From Sphingomonadales bacterium (GTDB lineage: Bacteria; Pseudomonadota; Alphaproteobacteria; Sphingomonadales; Sphingomonadaceae): a stretch of 64,000 bases of DNA. The stretch is from assembly GCA_025352685.1 (NCBI GenBank), contig JANXSN010000037.1, forward strand, positions 8,316 through 72,315. The letters are read 5' to 3'. The position numbers and the translations under genes were made by a program. Positions 10,990-22,326 of this stretch are shown one piece after another (position 1 is the first letter of the stretch; every line of letters starts with the position of its first letter). The notes under the pieces are model-generated. The model did not search any database. It worked only from the letters and a program-made list of their open reading frames with translations, and was not told where the DNA came from.

Positions 10990-11392
10990 TATCTGTGACC
11001 CGTCGGCCGGCTTGGTTGGAGACGCGTGCATCGACGTCGAGCCGTCATTGTGGCTATCCACCAACGCCGAGCCGGTGCTGGTCCTGCACGCAAACGTGTC
11101 GCGACGGGGGGCACGTTGGAACGGGATGTCCCTTGTCCAAACGATCAATCTCTACCTGACAGTGAGCACGACGAACCTGGGCAACTGAGCCGCGTGCTGG
11201 TTGCTGACGGAGCGCGAGTGGCTCTGTGTCCGCTCGTCCTGCGGCGTTGTCGAGCGCTCGCGTTTCGGACGATGAAACGAGATCGCGGTCCGGCTCGGAC
11301 AGTCCACATCGCACATCAGACCGAGCAAACGCAGCGCAAGATCCGCTTTCGTTGGTCGACTATGGCCAAACAGCTTTTGTTCGCCGTAAAGC

Positions 11393-11418
11393 GGGCCGCC
11401 GGGTCACCCGGGCGGCCC
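11393..11418. terminator. GC hairpin between an unassigned region and the lipoprotein gene 3' end
   Basis: gggccgccggg / tca / cccg(g)gcggccc. 11-bp stem with one bulge. T-runs on both sides (CATTTTAG on +, GCTTTAC on -). Confidence 0.4.
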
Positions 11419-11447
11419 CATTTTAGCATTGAAGTAGCCAGTATTTC

Positions 11448-11735
11448 CTACTTCTTGATGCTGTTTCCTGCGTCGGTCAACGCGTTGCCGGCAGCCGAGG
11501 TCACCTTATCGGCGGCGGAATCGATCTTATGCTTGCCAACGTCGGCGGCGTTCGAGATTTTGTCCATTGCGTTGTCGGTGGCGGCATCGACGGAATTTAC
11601 GGCGGCAGCAGCCGTTGCGTTGACGTCGGTTACAACTGCGTTGGCGGCTTCGGCGGTAGCATTTTGCGCCTTGGGCGTGCACGCACCAAGCGTGGCAGCG
11701 GCGGCAAGAGCAACAACGATTACAATCTTATTCAT
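11448..11735 (-). CDS. small Ala-rich lipoprotein, function unknown
   Basis: MNKIVIVVALAAAATLGAC lipobox. AGGGA lies 8 nt upstream of the ATG at 11735. The mature part is repetitive A/N/D/V-rich. Confidence 0.6.
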   Translation of the reverse strand: MNKIVIVVALAAAATLGACTPKAQNATAEAANAVVTDVNATAAAAVNSVDAATDNAMDKISNAADVGKHKIDSAADKVTSAAGNALTDAGNSIKK

Positions 11736-11882
11736 GAGAAGCATCCCTAGAACAGGTTCATATCAAGCCGCGGCATCACGACTCCCGTTGCGATGTCGCT
11801 CCGGCACGCCGTGCAGATAGCCAGATTTATAGATAACGGCAATAAAAAGGCACACGGTTTTCTCCTTTCACGATCCACCACA

Positions 11883-11911
11883 TTGACCGCATATAAAGAT
11901 TTCTTTATATG
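11883..11911 (+). promoter_or_regulatory. candidate sigma-70 promoter of the sahR-metF-metH operon
   Basis: TTGACC (11883-11888), a 17-nt spacer, then TATATG (11906-11911). The ATG of the next gene is at 11920. Confidence 0.4.
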
Positions 11912-11912
11912 C
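11889..11912. promoter_or_regulatory. 24-bp palindrome, candidate SahR operator
   Basis: GCATATAAAGA-TT-TCTTTATATGC. 11+11 perfect inverted repeat, lying between and over the -35/-10 elements. Confidence 0.55.
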
Positions 11913-11919
11913 TTGGAAC

Positions 11920-12858
11920 ATGACGAATGCCGTGGAGATTTTTCGAGCCTTGGCCGACCCGACCCGGTTGCGCATCGTGGCGCTCCTGCGGCGCATGGAA
12001 CTGTCTGTCGGCGAACTGGCCCAAGTGCTGGGTCAGAGTCAGCCGCGCGTATCGCGACATGTGAAGATCCTTGTCGACGCCGGCGTTACCATCCGTCGAC
12101 GCGAGGGGAGCTGGGTGTTTCTGACGCCCGCGCCGAGTCCCGTCGCCGTGCCCTTGTTCGCCTTGATCGACGCCGGTGTCGACGATCACTGGGCGATTGC
12201 CGATGCCGCGCGACTGAATGCTGTGCGGGCCGACCGTGCGGCAGCCGCGGAGCGTTACTTTGCGGGCTATGCCGATCAATGGGATGCAATTCGCTCGCTT
12301 CATGTCGCCGAAAGTGCAGTCGAGGCGAGGATGCAGGCTCTCCTGGGGCCGAACATTGGGCGACTTGTCGACATCGGCACCGGTACTGGCCGCATGATCG
12401 AACTGCTGGGCAATATGGCTGACCACGCGATTGGCATCGACCGCAGTCCCGAAATGCTACGTGTGGCCCGGGCCAAGCTTGCGGATGCTCGGACCCTCGT
12501 CGAACTCCGCCAAGCCGACGTGGGAGCCTTGCCGCTTCCGGACGGCAGCGCCGACACGGTCGTGATGCATCAGGTGCTTCATTATATTCCCGCACCCGAA
12601 ATTGCTTTGCGCGAGGCGGCACGGATTGTCGCACCTGGAGGCCGCATGCTGATCGTCGATTTTGCCAGTCACGACCGCGAGGAACTGCGCACGCAGGATG
12701 CGCATGCGCGCCTTGGCTTTTCAGACGCGCAGATCGGCGGCTGGTTCGCGGCGGCGGGGCTCGTTTTAACCGAGTTCGACGAGCTCGCGGGCGGCGAACT
12801 CACCATCAAGCTCTGGCTGGGTGCGCGTACAGCCGACCGCAAGGTCCTTGCCGCATGA
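11920..12858 (+). CDS. sahR: ArsR-type HTH fused to a SAM-dependent methyltransferase-like domain (SahR-type regulator of methionine metabolism)
   Basis: N-terminus FRALADPTRLRIVALL...LSVGELAQVLGQSQPRVSRHVKIL (ArsR wHTH). C-terminal VDIGTGTGRMIELL methyltransferase motif I. Overlaps the metF start (ATGA). Confidence 0.7.
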   Translation: MTNAVEIFRALADPTRLRIVALLRRMELSVGELAQVLGQSQPRVSRHVKILVDAGVTIRRREGSWVFLTPAPSPVAVPLFALIDAGVDDHWAIADAARLNAVRADRAAAAERYFAGYADQWDAIRSLHVAESAVEARMQALLGPNIGRLVDIGTGTGRMIELLGNMADHAIGIDRSPEMLRVARAKLADARTLVELRQADVGALPLPDGSADTVVMHQVLHYIPAPEIALREAARIVAPGGRMLIVDFASHDREELRTQDAHARLGFSDAQIGGWFAAAGLVLTEFDELAGGELTIKLWLGARTADRKVLAA

Positions 12859-13811
12859 CCTTTTCGCTCAACCCCTCGTTGGCGCAACTCGAAGAAGCTC
12901 GGAACGCTCTCGGCGCGCCGCTTTATGCTGATCTCGCGGGCGATGCGGTCGTGTCATTCGAGTTTTTTCCGCCCAAGACCGACAAGATGAACGAGGCGCT
13001 TTGGGCGTCGGTGCGCACGCTTGAACCTCTCAGTCCGCGCTTCGTCTCGGTGACCTATGGGGCAGGCGGTTCGACCCGTGAGCGCACACACGCGACCGTT
13101 TCGCGCATTGCCAGCGAGACGAATGTTCCCGCCGCTGCGCACCTTACCTGTGTCGGCGCGTCAAAGGCCGAAATCGTTGAGGTTGCTCAAGCCTATTGGG
13201 ATGCGGGCGTGCGCCACATCGTTGCGTTGCGCGGCGATCCACCCGTTGCTGGCACAAAGTTCGAACCCCACCCGCAAGGTTATGCCAATGCTGTCGAACT
13301 TGTCGCGGGGCTAAAAAAGATCGCTCCTTTCGAGATTTCGGTTAGCGCTTATCCCGAAACCCATCCCGATGCGGCGAGCCCGCAAAGCGACATCGACAAT
13401 CTGAAGGCGAAACTCGACGCGGGGGCCGACCGGGCTATCACGCAGTTCTTTTTTGCCCCCGAAACCTTTTTCCGTTTCCGCGACCGGGTCGCAAGTGCCG
13501 GGATCGATGCGGAAATCGTGCCGGGTATCATGCCCGTTTCGACTTTCGCCGCCACCAGCAGGATGGCCGCAATGTGCGGTACAGATGTGCCGGCATGGAT
13601 GGGCCGCCTGTTCGAAGGGCTGGAGGAGCTGCCTGCTGCCCGGCAGTTGGTTGCGGCCACGATTACCGCCGAACTGTGCCGCCGGCTCTATGCAGGCGGC
13701 ACGCGACATTTCCATTTCTATACGCTCAACCGAGCCGAATTGAGTTTTGCGATCTGCCACATGCTGGGTTTGCGCGCGCAAAGGAATGTCTTGACGGAGA
13801 GAGCAGCATGA
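12855..13811 (+). CDS. metF: methylenetetrahydrofolate reductase
   Basis: VSFEFFPPKT, SVTYGAGGSTR and HFHFYTLN blocks. Confidence 0.93.
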   Translation: MTFSLNPSLAQLEEARNALGAPLYADLAGDAVVSFEFFPPKTDKMNEALWASVRTLEPLSPRFVSVTYGAGGSTRERTHATVSRIASETNVPAAAHLTCVGASKAEIVEVAQAYWDAGVRHIVALRGDPPVAGTKFEPHPQGYANAVELVAGLKKIAPFEISVSAYPETHPDAASPQSDIDNLKAKLDAGADRAITQFFFAPETFFRFRDRVASAGIDAEIVPGIMPVSTFAATSRMAAMCGTDVPAWMGRLFEGLEELPAARQLVAATITAELCRRLYAGGTRHFHFYTLNRAELSFAICHMLGLRAQRNVLTERAA

Positions 13812-14854
13812 ACGTCCGTGAAGCGCTATTCGCCGCAGCCGCCAATCGCATCCTCATTACCGATGGCGCGTTTGGGACAGAAATTCAGAACTGGAAATTG
13901 TCCGAGGCCGATTACATGGGTGAGCTCAGGTTAGCCAAGGATGCCAAGGGGAACAACGACATCCTCGCGTTAACCAACGCGCGCGTGCCTGACACGATCA
14001 CGCGTGCCTATCTGGATGCCGGGTCGGATATCGTCTCGACGAATACGTTCAGCGCCAACCGGATCAGCCAAGCGGACTACGCTGCCGAACATCTGGTGCG
14101 CCAAATTAACGTGGCATCGGCGCAGATTGCGCGGACCGCAGCGGATGAATATACCGCCAAGGACGGGCGTCGACGCTTCGTCGCCGGCGCAATCGGACCG
14201 ACCAACAAGACGCTGTCACTTTCGCCTGATGTCAACGACCCAGGCTTTCGCGAGATCGACTTCGATTATCTCAAGCAGGTCTATCGCGAACAGGTCGACG
14301 CCCTGATTGAAGGGGGGGTTGATTTCATCCTGATCGAAACCGTGTTCGATACGTTGAATGCGAAGGCCGGTATCATGGCCGTGATCGAGGCAAGCGAGAC
14401 ACTGGGACGTGAGATCCCAATCATGCTGTCGATGACCCTGACCGATCTGTCGGGGCGCAATTTGTCGGGTCATACCGTCGAAGCGTTCTGGCATGCGGTG
14501 CGCCACGCCAGGCCTGTGACGATTGGCCTCAACTGCTCCTTTGGCGCGCAACAGCTGCGCCCGCATGTAAAGGTTTTGAGCGGGATCGCAGACACGCTGA
14601 TCATGGTCTACCCCAACGCGGGCCTGCCCAATGACCTTGGCGAATATGACGAACTGCCTGATCAGACAGCGGCGCTGGTTCATGAGTGGGCAGCGGCTGG
14701 ACAGGTCAACATCCTGGGGGGCTGTTGCGGATCGACGCCTGCTCATATCGCCGCCATGGCGAGGTCGGTTGCGGGGTTGGCGCCGCGGCTTCTGCCCGGT
14801 GTACCGGTTGCAACGCGGCTGGCCGGGCTCGAGCCGATGACCCTGGCTGCATAG
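13808..14854 (+). CDS. homocysteine S-methyltransferase domain protein (stand-alone N-terminal module of methionine synthase)
   Basis: The ATG at 13808 overlaps the metF stop (ATGA). [18 protein letters not shown] and [11 protein letters not shown] Zn-binding Cys motifs. The upstream extension to 13574 is rejected. Confidence 0.85.
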   Translation: MNVREALFAAAANRILITDGAFGTEIQNWKLSEADYMGELRLAKDAKGNNDILALTNARVPDTITRAYLDAGSDIVSTNTFSANRISQADYAAEHLVRQINVASAQIARTAADEYTAKDGRRRFVAGAIGPTNKTLSLSPDVNDPGFREIDFDYLKQVYREQVDALIEGGVDFILIETVFDTLNAKAGIMAVIEASETLGREIPIMLSMTLTDLSGRNLSGHTVEAFWHAVRHARPVTIGLNCSFGAQQLRPHVKVLSGIADTLIMVYPNAGLPNDLGEYDELPDQTAALVHEWAAAGQVNILGGCCGSTPAHIAAMARSVAGLAPRLLPGVPVATRLAGLEPMTLAA

Positions 14855-14933
14855 ACGTTCGAGCGCAGGCCGGGGCCAACGTATCCAAGTAATCGGAACC
14901 TTTGCAGCGGCGGAGGGGCATAATGGAAGATCA

Positions 14934-17546
<2,613 letters not shown>

Positions 17547-17622
17547 CACCTCCCGAATTCGCACTGTCCTACAGCACCCGACCTCGCCATGGTTGCAACA
17601 CTAAGGCCAAAGCGGAATAGCT

Positions 17623-18585
17623 ATGCGAAATTTCCAAGCCCCCCCTTGGGTACAGATTGCCACCGTGCTCGCGGTCGTGACGATTGCTGCGCCGGGCGGA
17701 TTAGCCCTCGCGCAATCGCGCAGTAGTTTTCGCGTCGAGGAGACCGGGCGCAGTTTCCTCCGGCTTGACGAGGCGGTAAAATCGATTGGCGAAGGCAGCG
17801 GGACGATCACGGTAGCGCCGGGACGCTATCCCGACTGCGCGGTGTTTGCCGGTGCAACGCTCAGCATCCGCGCTGCGCAGCCCTCGACCGCAATTTTTGA
17901 CGGCGGGACGTGCGAGGGAAAGGCAACGCTGGTCCTGCGCGGAGCGAACGCCGCCGTGGATGGCCTGGTCTTTCGGGGCATCAAGGTTTCTGACCATAAT
18001 GGTGCCGGCATACGCCTCGAAACGGGCAATCTGACCGTAACGCGTGCGACTTTCCTTGACAGTGAGCAGGGCATTCTAACGGGCGACGATCCGTCCGGGT
18101 CGATCAGCATTGACCATTCAACCTTCGCCGGGCTGGGCGGTTGCCCGGACGGCATGTGTTCGCACTCGATCTATGTCGGCAATTACGGATCCCTGAGCAT
18201 CAGCCGGGTCCGGTTCGAGCGGGGAACCGGCGGTCATTACGCCAAGAGCCGCGCTGCGCGGATAGCCATAACAGATTCGAGTTTCGATGACTCTCAGGGT
18301 CACGATACCAACTACGAGATTGACCTACCGAACGGGGCAATCGGGCGGATCGCGGGCAATGTCTTTGTCATGGGCAAGTCGAAAGAAAACCATAGCGCAA
18401 TTATCGCCGTTGCCGCCGAACGGCGCGAAAATCCGTCAGCAGGGCTCATCGTTGAGAGCAACGACGCGTCAATCGCGCCGGGCGCTGGCTACACGACGAC
18501 CTTCGTTGCGGATTGGAGCCATGAGCGCCTGAAAATTGGGCCAAACAAGATCGGTGCTGGGATAAAACTATCCGACAGCCGTTAG
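17623..18585 (+). CDS. secreted right-handed parallel beta-helix repeat protein
   Basis: Signal peptide (AAPGGLALAQS). Repeated G-x-I/V-x-L/I turns (NGAGIRLETGNLTV, SEQGILTGDD, HSIYVGNYGSL). Confidence 0.6.
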   Translation: MRNFQAPPWVQIATVLAVVTIAAPGGLALAQSRSSFRVEETGRSFLRLDEAVKSIGEGSGTITVAPGRYPDCAVFAGATLSIRAAQPSTAIFDGGTCEGKATLVLRGANAAVDGLVFRGIKVSDHNGAGIRLETGNLTVTRATFLDSEQGILTGDDPSGSISIDHSTFAGLGGCPDGMCSHSIYVGNYGSLSISRVRFERGTGGHYAKSRAARIAITDSSFDDSQGHDTNYEIDLPNGAIGRIAGNVFVMGKSKENHSAIIAVAAERRENPSAGLIVESNDASIAPGAGYTTTFVADWSHERLKIGPNKIGAGIKLSDSR

Positions 18586-20231
18586 GATGCAGGACAACTA
18601 TTTTCCGGACCAGCAATCAAGTCGAGGCAGCGACCGTCGATTTCTCCCTTCGCAATCGGCAGTCCGATGAGGGCAGCCAGCGTCGGCAAGATGTCGACGG
18701 TTTCAACGCTGTTGGGTTGTTCGAAGGGAGCCAGGCCCTTGCGCCAGAACAGCATCGGGACACGACGGTCGTAATCCCACGGGCTGCCGTGGGTGGCGAT
18801 GTAGCTGGTTGCCGCGACCGATAGCGGGATTGGTGTTACGCGCGGCTTGAGCAGAACGAGCAAATCTCCCGAACGCCCCTTGTAATAGGAGGACCTTACC
18901 CGTTCGATGAGGCTCCATGTCTCTGGGGGCCCGTTCGCCGGGGCGGTCGCTTCGATCTCCGCAGCGGTAAAAACGGCGGCGACCTGGGGGTATGAAAGAA
19001 ACACTGTCTTGGCGCGCGCCAGTGCCAGGGGTTTCTTGTTGGCGGGTATCGAGGCATCGAGCCATACGTCTCCGGCCGGTTCGGACCCGACCAGCGCAGA
19101 TTTGCCGAGGCCGAGCTCTGCCGCAATCGTCGCGCCGACCGCGTGCGCCGAAAACGTATCGGGGGTTCGGACCGCATCGGGGATGCCATTGGCGTCGTTA
19201 CGCTCGACGGTGTCGTGGCCACCATGATCGGCAGTGAGCACGACGATATAGTCGATCTTGGCCTTGTCGAGTTTGTCGAAGAACTTCCCCAAGCCAAGGT
19301 CGAGCGCTTCCAGCTGCAAACACATCTCGCTACCCTCGGTGCCGTAGGCGTGGCCAACAACATCGGTTGCGGACACGCCGATAGCGATCAAATCGGTCGC
19401 TTGTCCCTTTCCCAGCCCCATTTCGGCGATCAAGTCGCTTGCTAAATCGAGCGTAACAGCGTCTGATTCTGGTGACGCGCGAAACAACTTCTTGTCGCCG
19501 GCGTCGCGCGAAAATCTGCCAGTACCGACCGATTTGTTCGAGCCAATCGAAATGGCCCGTGCTCGCGTCCGGCAAAACGGTGAAAGTTGGTACGGCGCCA
19601 TCGGTTGCGCTAGTGCAGCTTCAATCTCGGCATTCGCTTTTACCACCGCGGCTGGAGCAGGCGCGCCATGATCGGACAGCGTCTCGAATTTTGCGAAATC
19701 GGTCGGACGTAAGAACCAGATTTGATCCGTCTTTCGGCCGCCCATCATTATGGCGGCGCGATCCTTGCCGGCGACAGAGACCACGCGTGAGGCCGGGTTG
19801 GCTGCCTTCATCCGCTCGCCGAGGGTGGGGACCAGCAGGTGGACCGGCGACGGCACGTAGATGCCGGATTTCGACGACGGCGCCTTGCTCTCGTCCTCCG
19901 CACAGTAGACATCCGGGTTCGCTCGGCCGTCTGACTGATTGATCCAGCTGTTCGCGATGATCCCGGTACGGGCAGGATGCGCACCAGTCAGGATCGTCGA
20001 ATGACCGGGACACGTTTCTGTCGCCGCATGGCTCTGATAGCCGCTTGGGAAAACCACGCCGTCAGCGAGGCGCTTCATGCCGCTGGACCAATGGGCGCGG
20101 TATTCAGCAAAAAGATCGGCAGAAAATTGGTCCACCGAAATGACGACAATCAGCTTTGGTGGGGGTGCGGGCTGGGCGAACAGGGTCGCGGGAAGAACAG
20201 CAAGCGCCAAGGCTGCGAAGCGTCGGATCAT
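18582..20231 (-). CDS. alkaline phosphatase / nucleotide pyrophosphatase family protein (PafA-like)
   Basis: Signal peptide. VVISVDQF and TETCPGHSTILTG (Thr nucleophile block), ADHGGHD. Confidence 0.8.
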   Translation of the reverse strand: MIRRFAALALAVLPATLFAQPAPPPKLIVVISVDQFSADLFAEYRAHWSSGMKRLADGVVFPSGYQSHAATETCPGHSTILTGAHPARTGIIANSWINQSDGRANPDVYCAEDESKAPSSKSGIYVPSPVHLLVPTLGERMKAANPASRVVSVAGKDRAAIMMGGRKTDQIWFLRPTDFAKFETLSDHGAPAPAAVVKANAEIEAALAQPMAPYQLSPFCRTRARAISIGSNKSVGTGRFSRDAGDKKLFRASPESDAVTLDLASDLIAEMGLGKGQATDLIAIGVSATDVVGHAYGTEGSEMCLQLEALDLGLGKFFDKLDKAKIDYIVVLTADHGGHDTVERNDANGIPDAVRTPDTFSAHAVGATIAAELGLGKSALVGSEPAGDVWLDASIPANKKPLALARAKTVFLSYPQVAAVFTAAEIEATAPANGPPETWSLIERVRSSYYKGRSGDLLVLLKPRVTPIPLSVAATSYIATHGSPWDYDRRVPMLFWRKGLAPFEQPNSVETVDILPTLAALIGLPIAKGEIDGRCLDLIAGPENSCPAS

Positions 20232-20304
20232 CGTGTAGGCCTTTCACCGTATCGGAATCTTCCCGGCGACCGTATGGGGGCTGGACGAGGGAGACAAGCG
20301 CGCC

Positions 20305-22326
20305 ATGGCGGGAAGACGTTTCAATCTGGTGACATTGGGTATTGTTGGGATAACGGCCTTGGCGATGCTGCTCGGCCTGACACCACTGCGCGCCGAGCCG
20401 AACCATATTGTCGCGACGCTGGTTGCCGAGAGCGCGACACCTGCCCCGGGCCAAACGGTCATGCTAGCGGTTGCGATGCAGCCCGAACCCGGCTGGCATG
20501 GTTACTGGTCAAATCCGGGAGAGGCAGGGTTTGAACCGCGGTTTGTTTGGACGCTACCGAGCGGAGCAACAACCGGGACGGTTGCCTTCCCGGTACCGCA
20601 GCCGCTCGTGATTGGCGGTTTGATGAATTATGTCTTCGAAGGTCCTCATGCGCTGCTGATCCCACTGAAGCTGCCGCAGCAGCTGGCGGGCGGGACAAAA
20701 CTGCCGATCGCGCTGAAACTCGATTACCTGGCTTGTACCGACCAGATCTGCGTGCCGCAGCGTGCGGCGCTCACCATGACCCTGACAATCGGTGATGGAA
20801 CGCCTGATTTGCGCGCGCGGTTCGACGGCTGGCGCACGAAACTGCCGACTCCGTTGGGCACAACTGCGCACTTCGAGCGCATTGGCAAGCTCCTGCGGCT
20901 CGCGATTCCGATTCCCGCGGCCGCAACCGCCGCCAACCCGCATTTCTTCCCTGCACACGCAGGCCTCATCGAAGACGCAGCGCCGCAGAAGTTCGGACGT
21001 GATGGCGATGTGTTGGTTGCCGAGTTTGCCACGCAGGGTGGTGCAACCACCTCAGTAGAGGGCGTCCTTTCGATTGGCGAAGGTCGCGGGCTCACGATTG
21101 CTGCTGGTGTCGGAACAGTGCCGCCGTTGCCAACGTCGAGGAACGGGTGGCAGGCCGTCTTGATTGCACTCGGCGGGGCGGTTCTCGGCGGGTTGATCCT
21201 CAACGTCATGCCGTGCGTGTTCCCGATCTTGAGCCTCAAGGCGTTCAATCTTGCCAAGGTCGGCGGCGACGAGCGTCGCGCCCGGCGCGATGCCCTGGGA
21301 TACACACTCGGCGCTATGCTCGTCTGCGTGACGCTCGGTGGCATGATCCTTGAGTTGCGGGCCGCCGGATCGAGCGTCGGTTGGGCGTTCCAGCTGCAGG
21401 ATCCGCGGGTCATCGTCGCGTTGTTGGTTCTGGTCGCGGCAATCGCGCTCAACTTCGCCGGGCTATTTGAATTGCCGACAGTCGGGGGAGGGCTCGCAAG
21501 TACCAACAGCGTTGCGAGTGGTGCGCTGGCGGCGTTCATTGCAACGCCGTGTACCGGACCGTTCATGGGCGTGGCGCTTGGTGCGGCGCTCGTGCTGCCC
21601 ACTGCGGCGGCGCTGGCAGTATTCGCAGGACTGGGGTTTGGTCTCGCACTACCCTTTTTGTTGCTCGGCTTCGTTCCAGGACTGCGCCGCGCCTTGCCAA
21701 AACCAGGGGCTTGGATGGCGACCATGCGGCGCATATTGAGCGTGCCGATGTTTCTGACGGCGCTGGGCCTGGTCTGGCTGCTTGGACGTCAGGCGGGAAG
21801 CGACGCGGTAACGGTCGCGCTACTTGGCGCGCTCGGCGCCAGCCTGGCTTTCTGGTGGACCGGGCTGCGACAGGTTAAAGGAAAGTCCGGGCTAGCGCTC
21901 GGTACGGCGTTGGCGATTGGCTCCGCAAGTCTTGCCGTTGCGTGCTTGCCGGCACCGACGCGGGCTGGTCGTGCAGCACCTACGGCGCTCCATGCAGAAC
22001 CGTTTAGCGAGCTGCGGTTGAAGGAATTGCGCGCCGAGGGGCGACCGGTTTTTGTATACTTCACCGCTGACTGGTGCCTGACATGCAAGGTTAACGAGCG
22101 GGTGGCCATCGAGCAGCCGTCGGTCGAGGCTGCGTTCAAAGCGCGCAAAGTCGCGGTCCTTGTGGGCGACTGGACGCGCAGCGACCCAGCGATCAGCCGC
22201 TTTCTTGAGACCCAGGGTCGTTCTGGCGTGCCGCTTTACCTGTTCTACCCCAAAGCAGGACAAGCAATAACCCTTCCTCAAGTTCTTACGCCCGGCACGC
22301 TGACCGCGCTCGTCACTTCATCCTGA
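20305..22326 (+). CDS. protein-disulfide reductase DsbD/ScsB family
   Basis: N-terminal periplasmic domain (LACTDQICVP). TM core with MPCVFPIL and ATPCTGPF Cys motifs. C-terminal thioredoxin fold (ADWCLTCK). Confidence 0.85.
   Translation: MAGRRFNLVTLGIVGITALAMLLGLTPLRAEPNHIVATLVAESATPAPGQTVMLAVAMQPEPGWHGYWSNPGEAGFEPRFVWTLPSGATTGTVAFPVPQPLVIGGLMNYVFEGPHALLIPLKLPQQLAGGTKLPIALKLDYLACTDQICVPQRAALTMTLTIGDGTPDLRARFDGWRTKLPTPLGTTAHFERIGKLLRLAIPIPAAATAANPHFFPAHAGLIEDAAPQKFGRDGDVLVAEFATQGGATTSVEGVLSIGEGRGLTIAAGVGTVPPLPTSRNGWQAVLIALGGAVLGGLILNVMPCVFPILSLKAFNLAKVGGDERRARRDALGYTLGAMLVCVTLGGMILELRAAGSSVGWAFQLQDPRVIVALLVLVAAIALNFAGLFELPTVGGGLASTNSVASGALAAFIATPCTGPFMGVALGAALVLPTAAALAVFAGLGFGLALPFLLLGFVPGLRRALPKPGAWMATMRRILSVPMFLTALGLVWLLGRQAGSDAVTVALLGALGASLAFWWTGLRQVKGKSGLALGTALAIGSASLAVACLPAPTRAGRAAPTALHAEPFSELRLKELRAEGRPVFVYFTADWCLTCKVNERVAIEQPSVEAAFKARKVAVLVGDWTRSDPAISRFLETQGRSGVPLYLFYPKAGQAITLPQVLTPGTLTALVTSS

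Noticed and set aside
11026-11820. 264-aa plus-strand ORF
   Set aside because: Its 3' half is antisense to the lipoprotein gene, which has a clear lipobox and RBS. The 5' half has no recognisable fold and an Arg-rich composition.
13574-13807. N-terminal extension of the homocysteine-methyltransferase ORF
   Set aside because: It overlaps the metF 3' end out of frame. The ATG at 13808 forms the typical ATGA coupling with the metF stop, and homology starts there.
20246-20278. Direct repeat ACCGTATCGG / ACCGTATGGG upstream of the PafA-like phosphatase gene as a possible Pho box
   Set aside because: It does not resemble the CTGTCAT-type Pho box on either strand. The repeat is short and could occur by chance.
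20724-21734. 336-aa minus-strand ORF
   Set aside because: It is antisense to the DsbD-family gene. The product is Ala/Pro/Ser/Arg-rich and unstructured.
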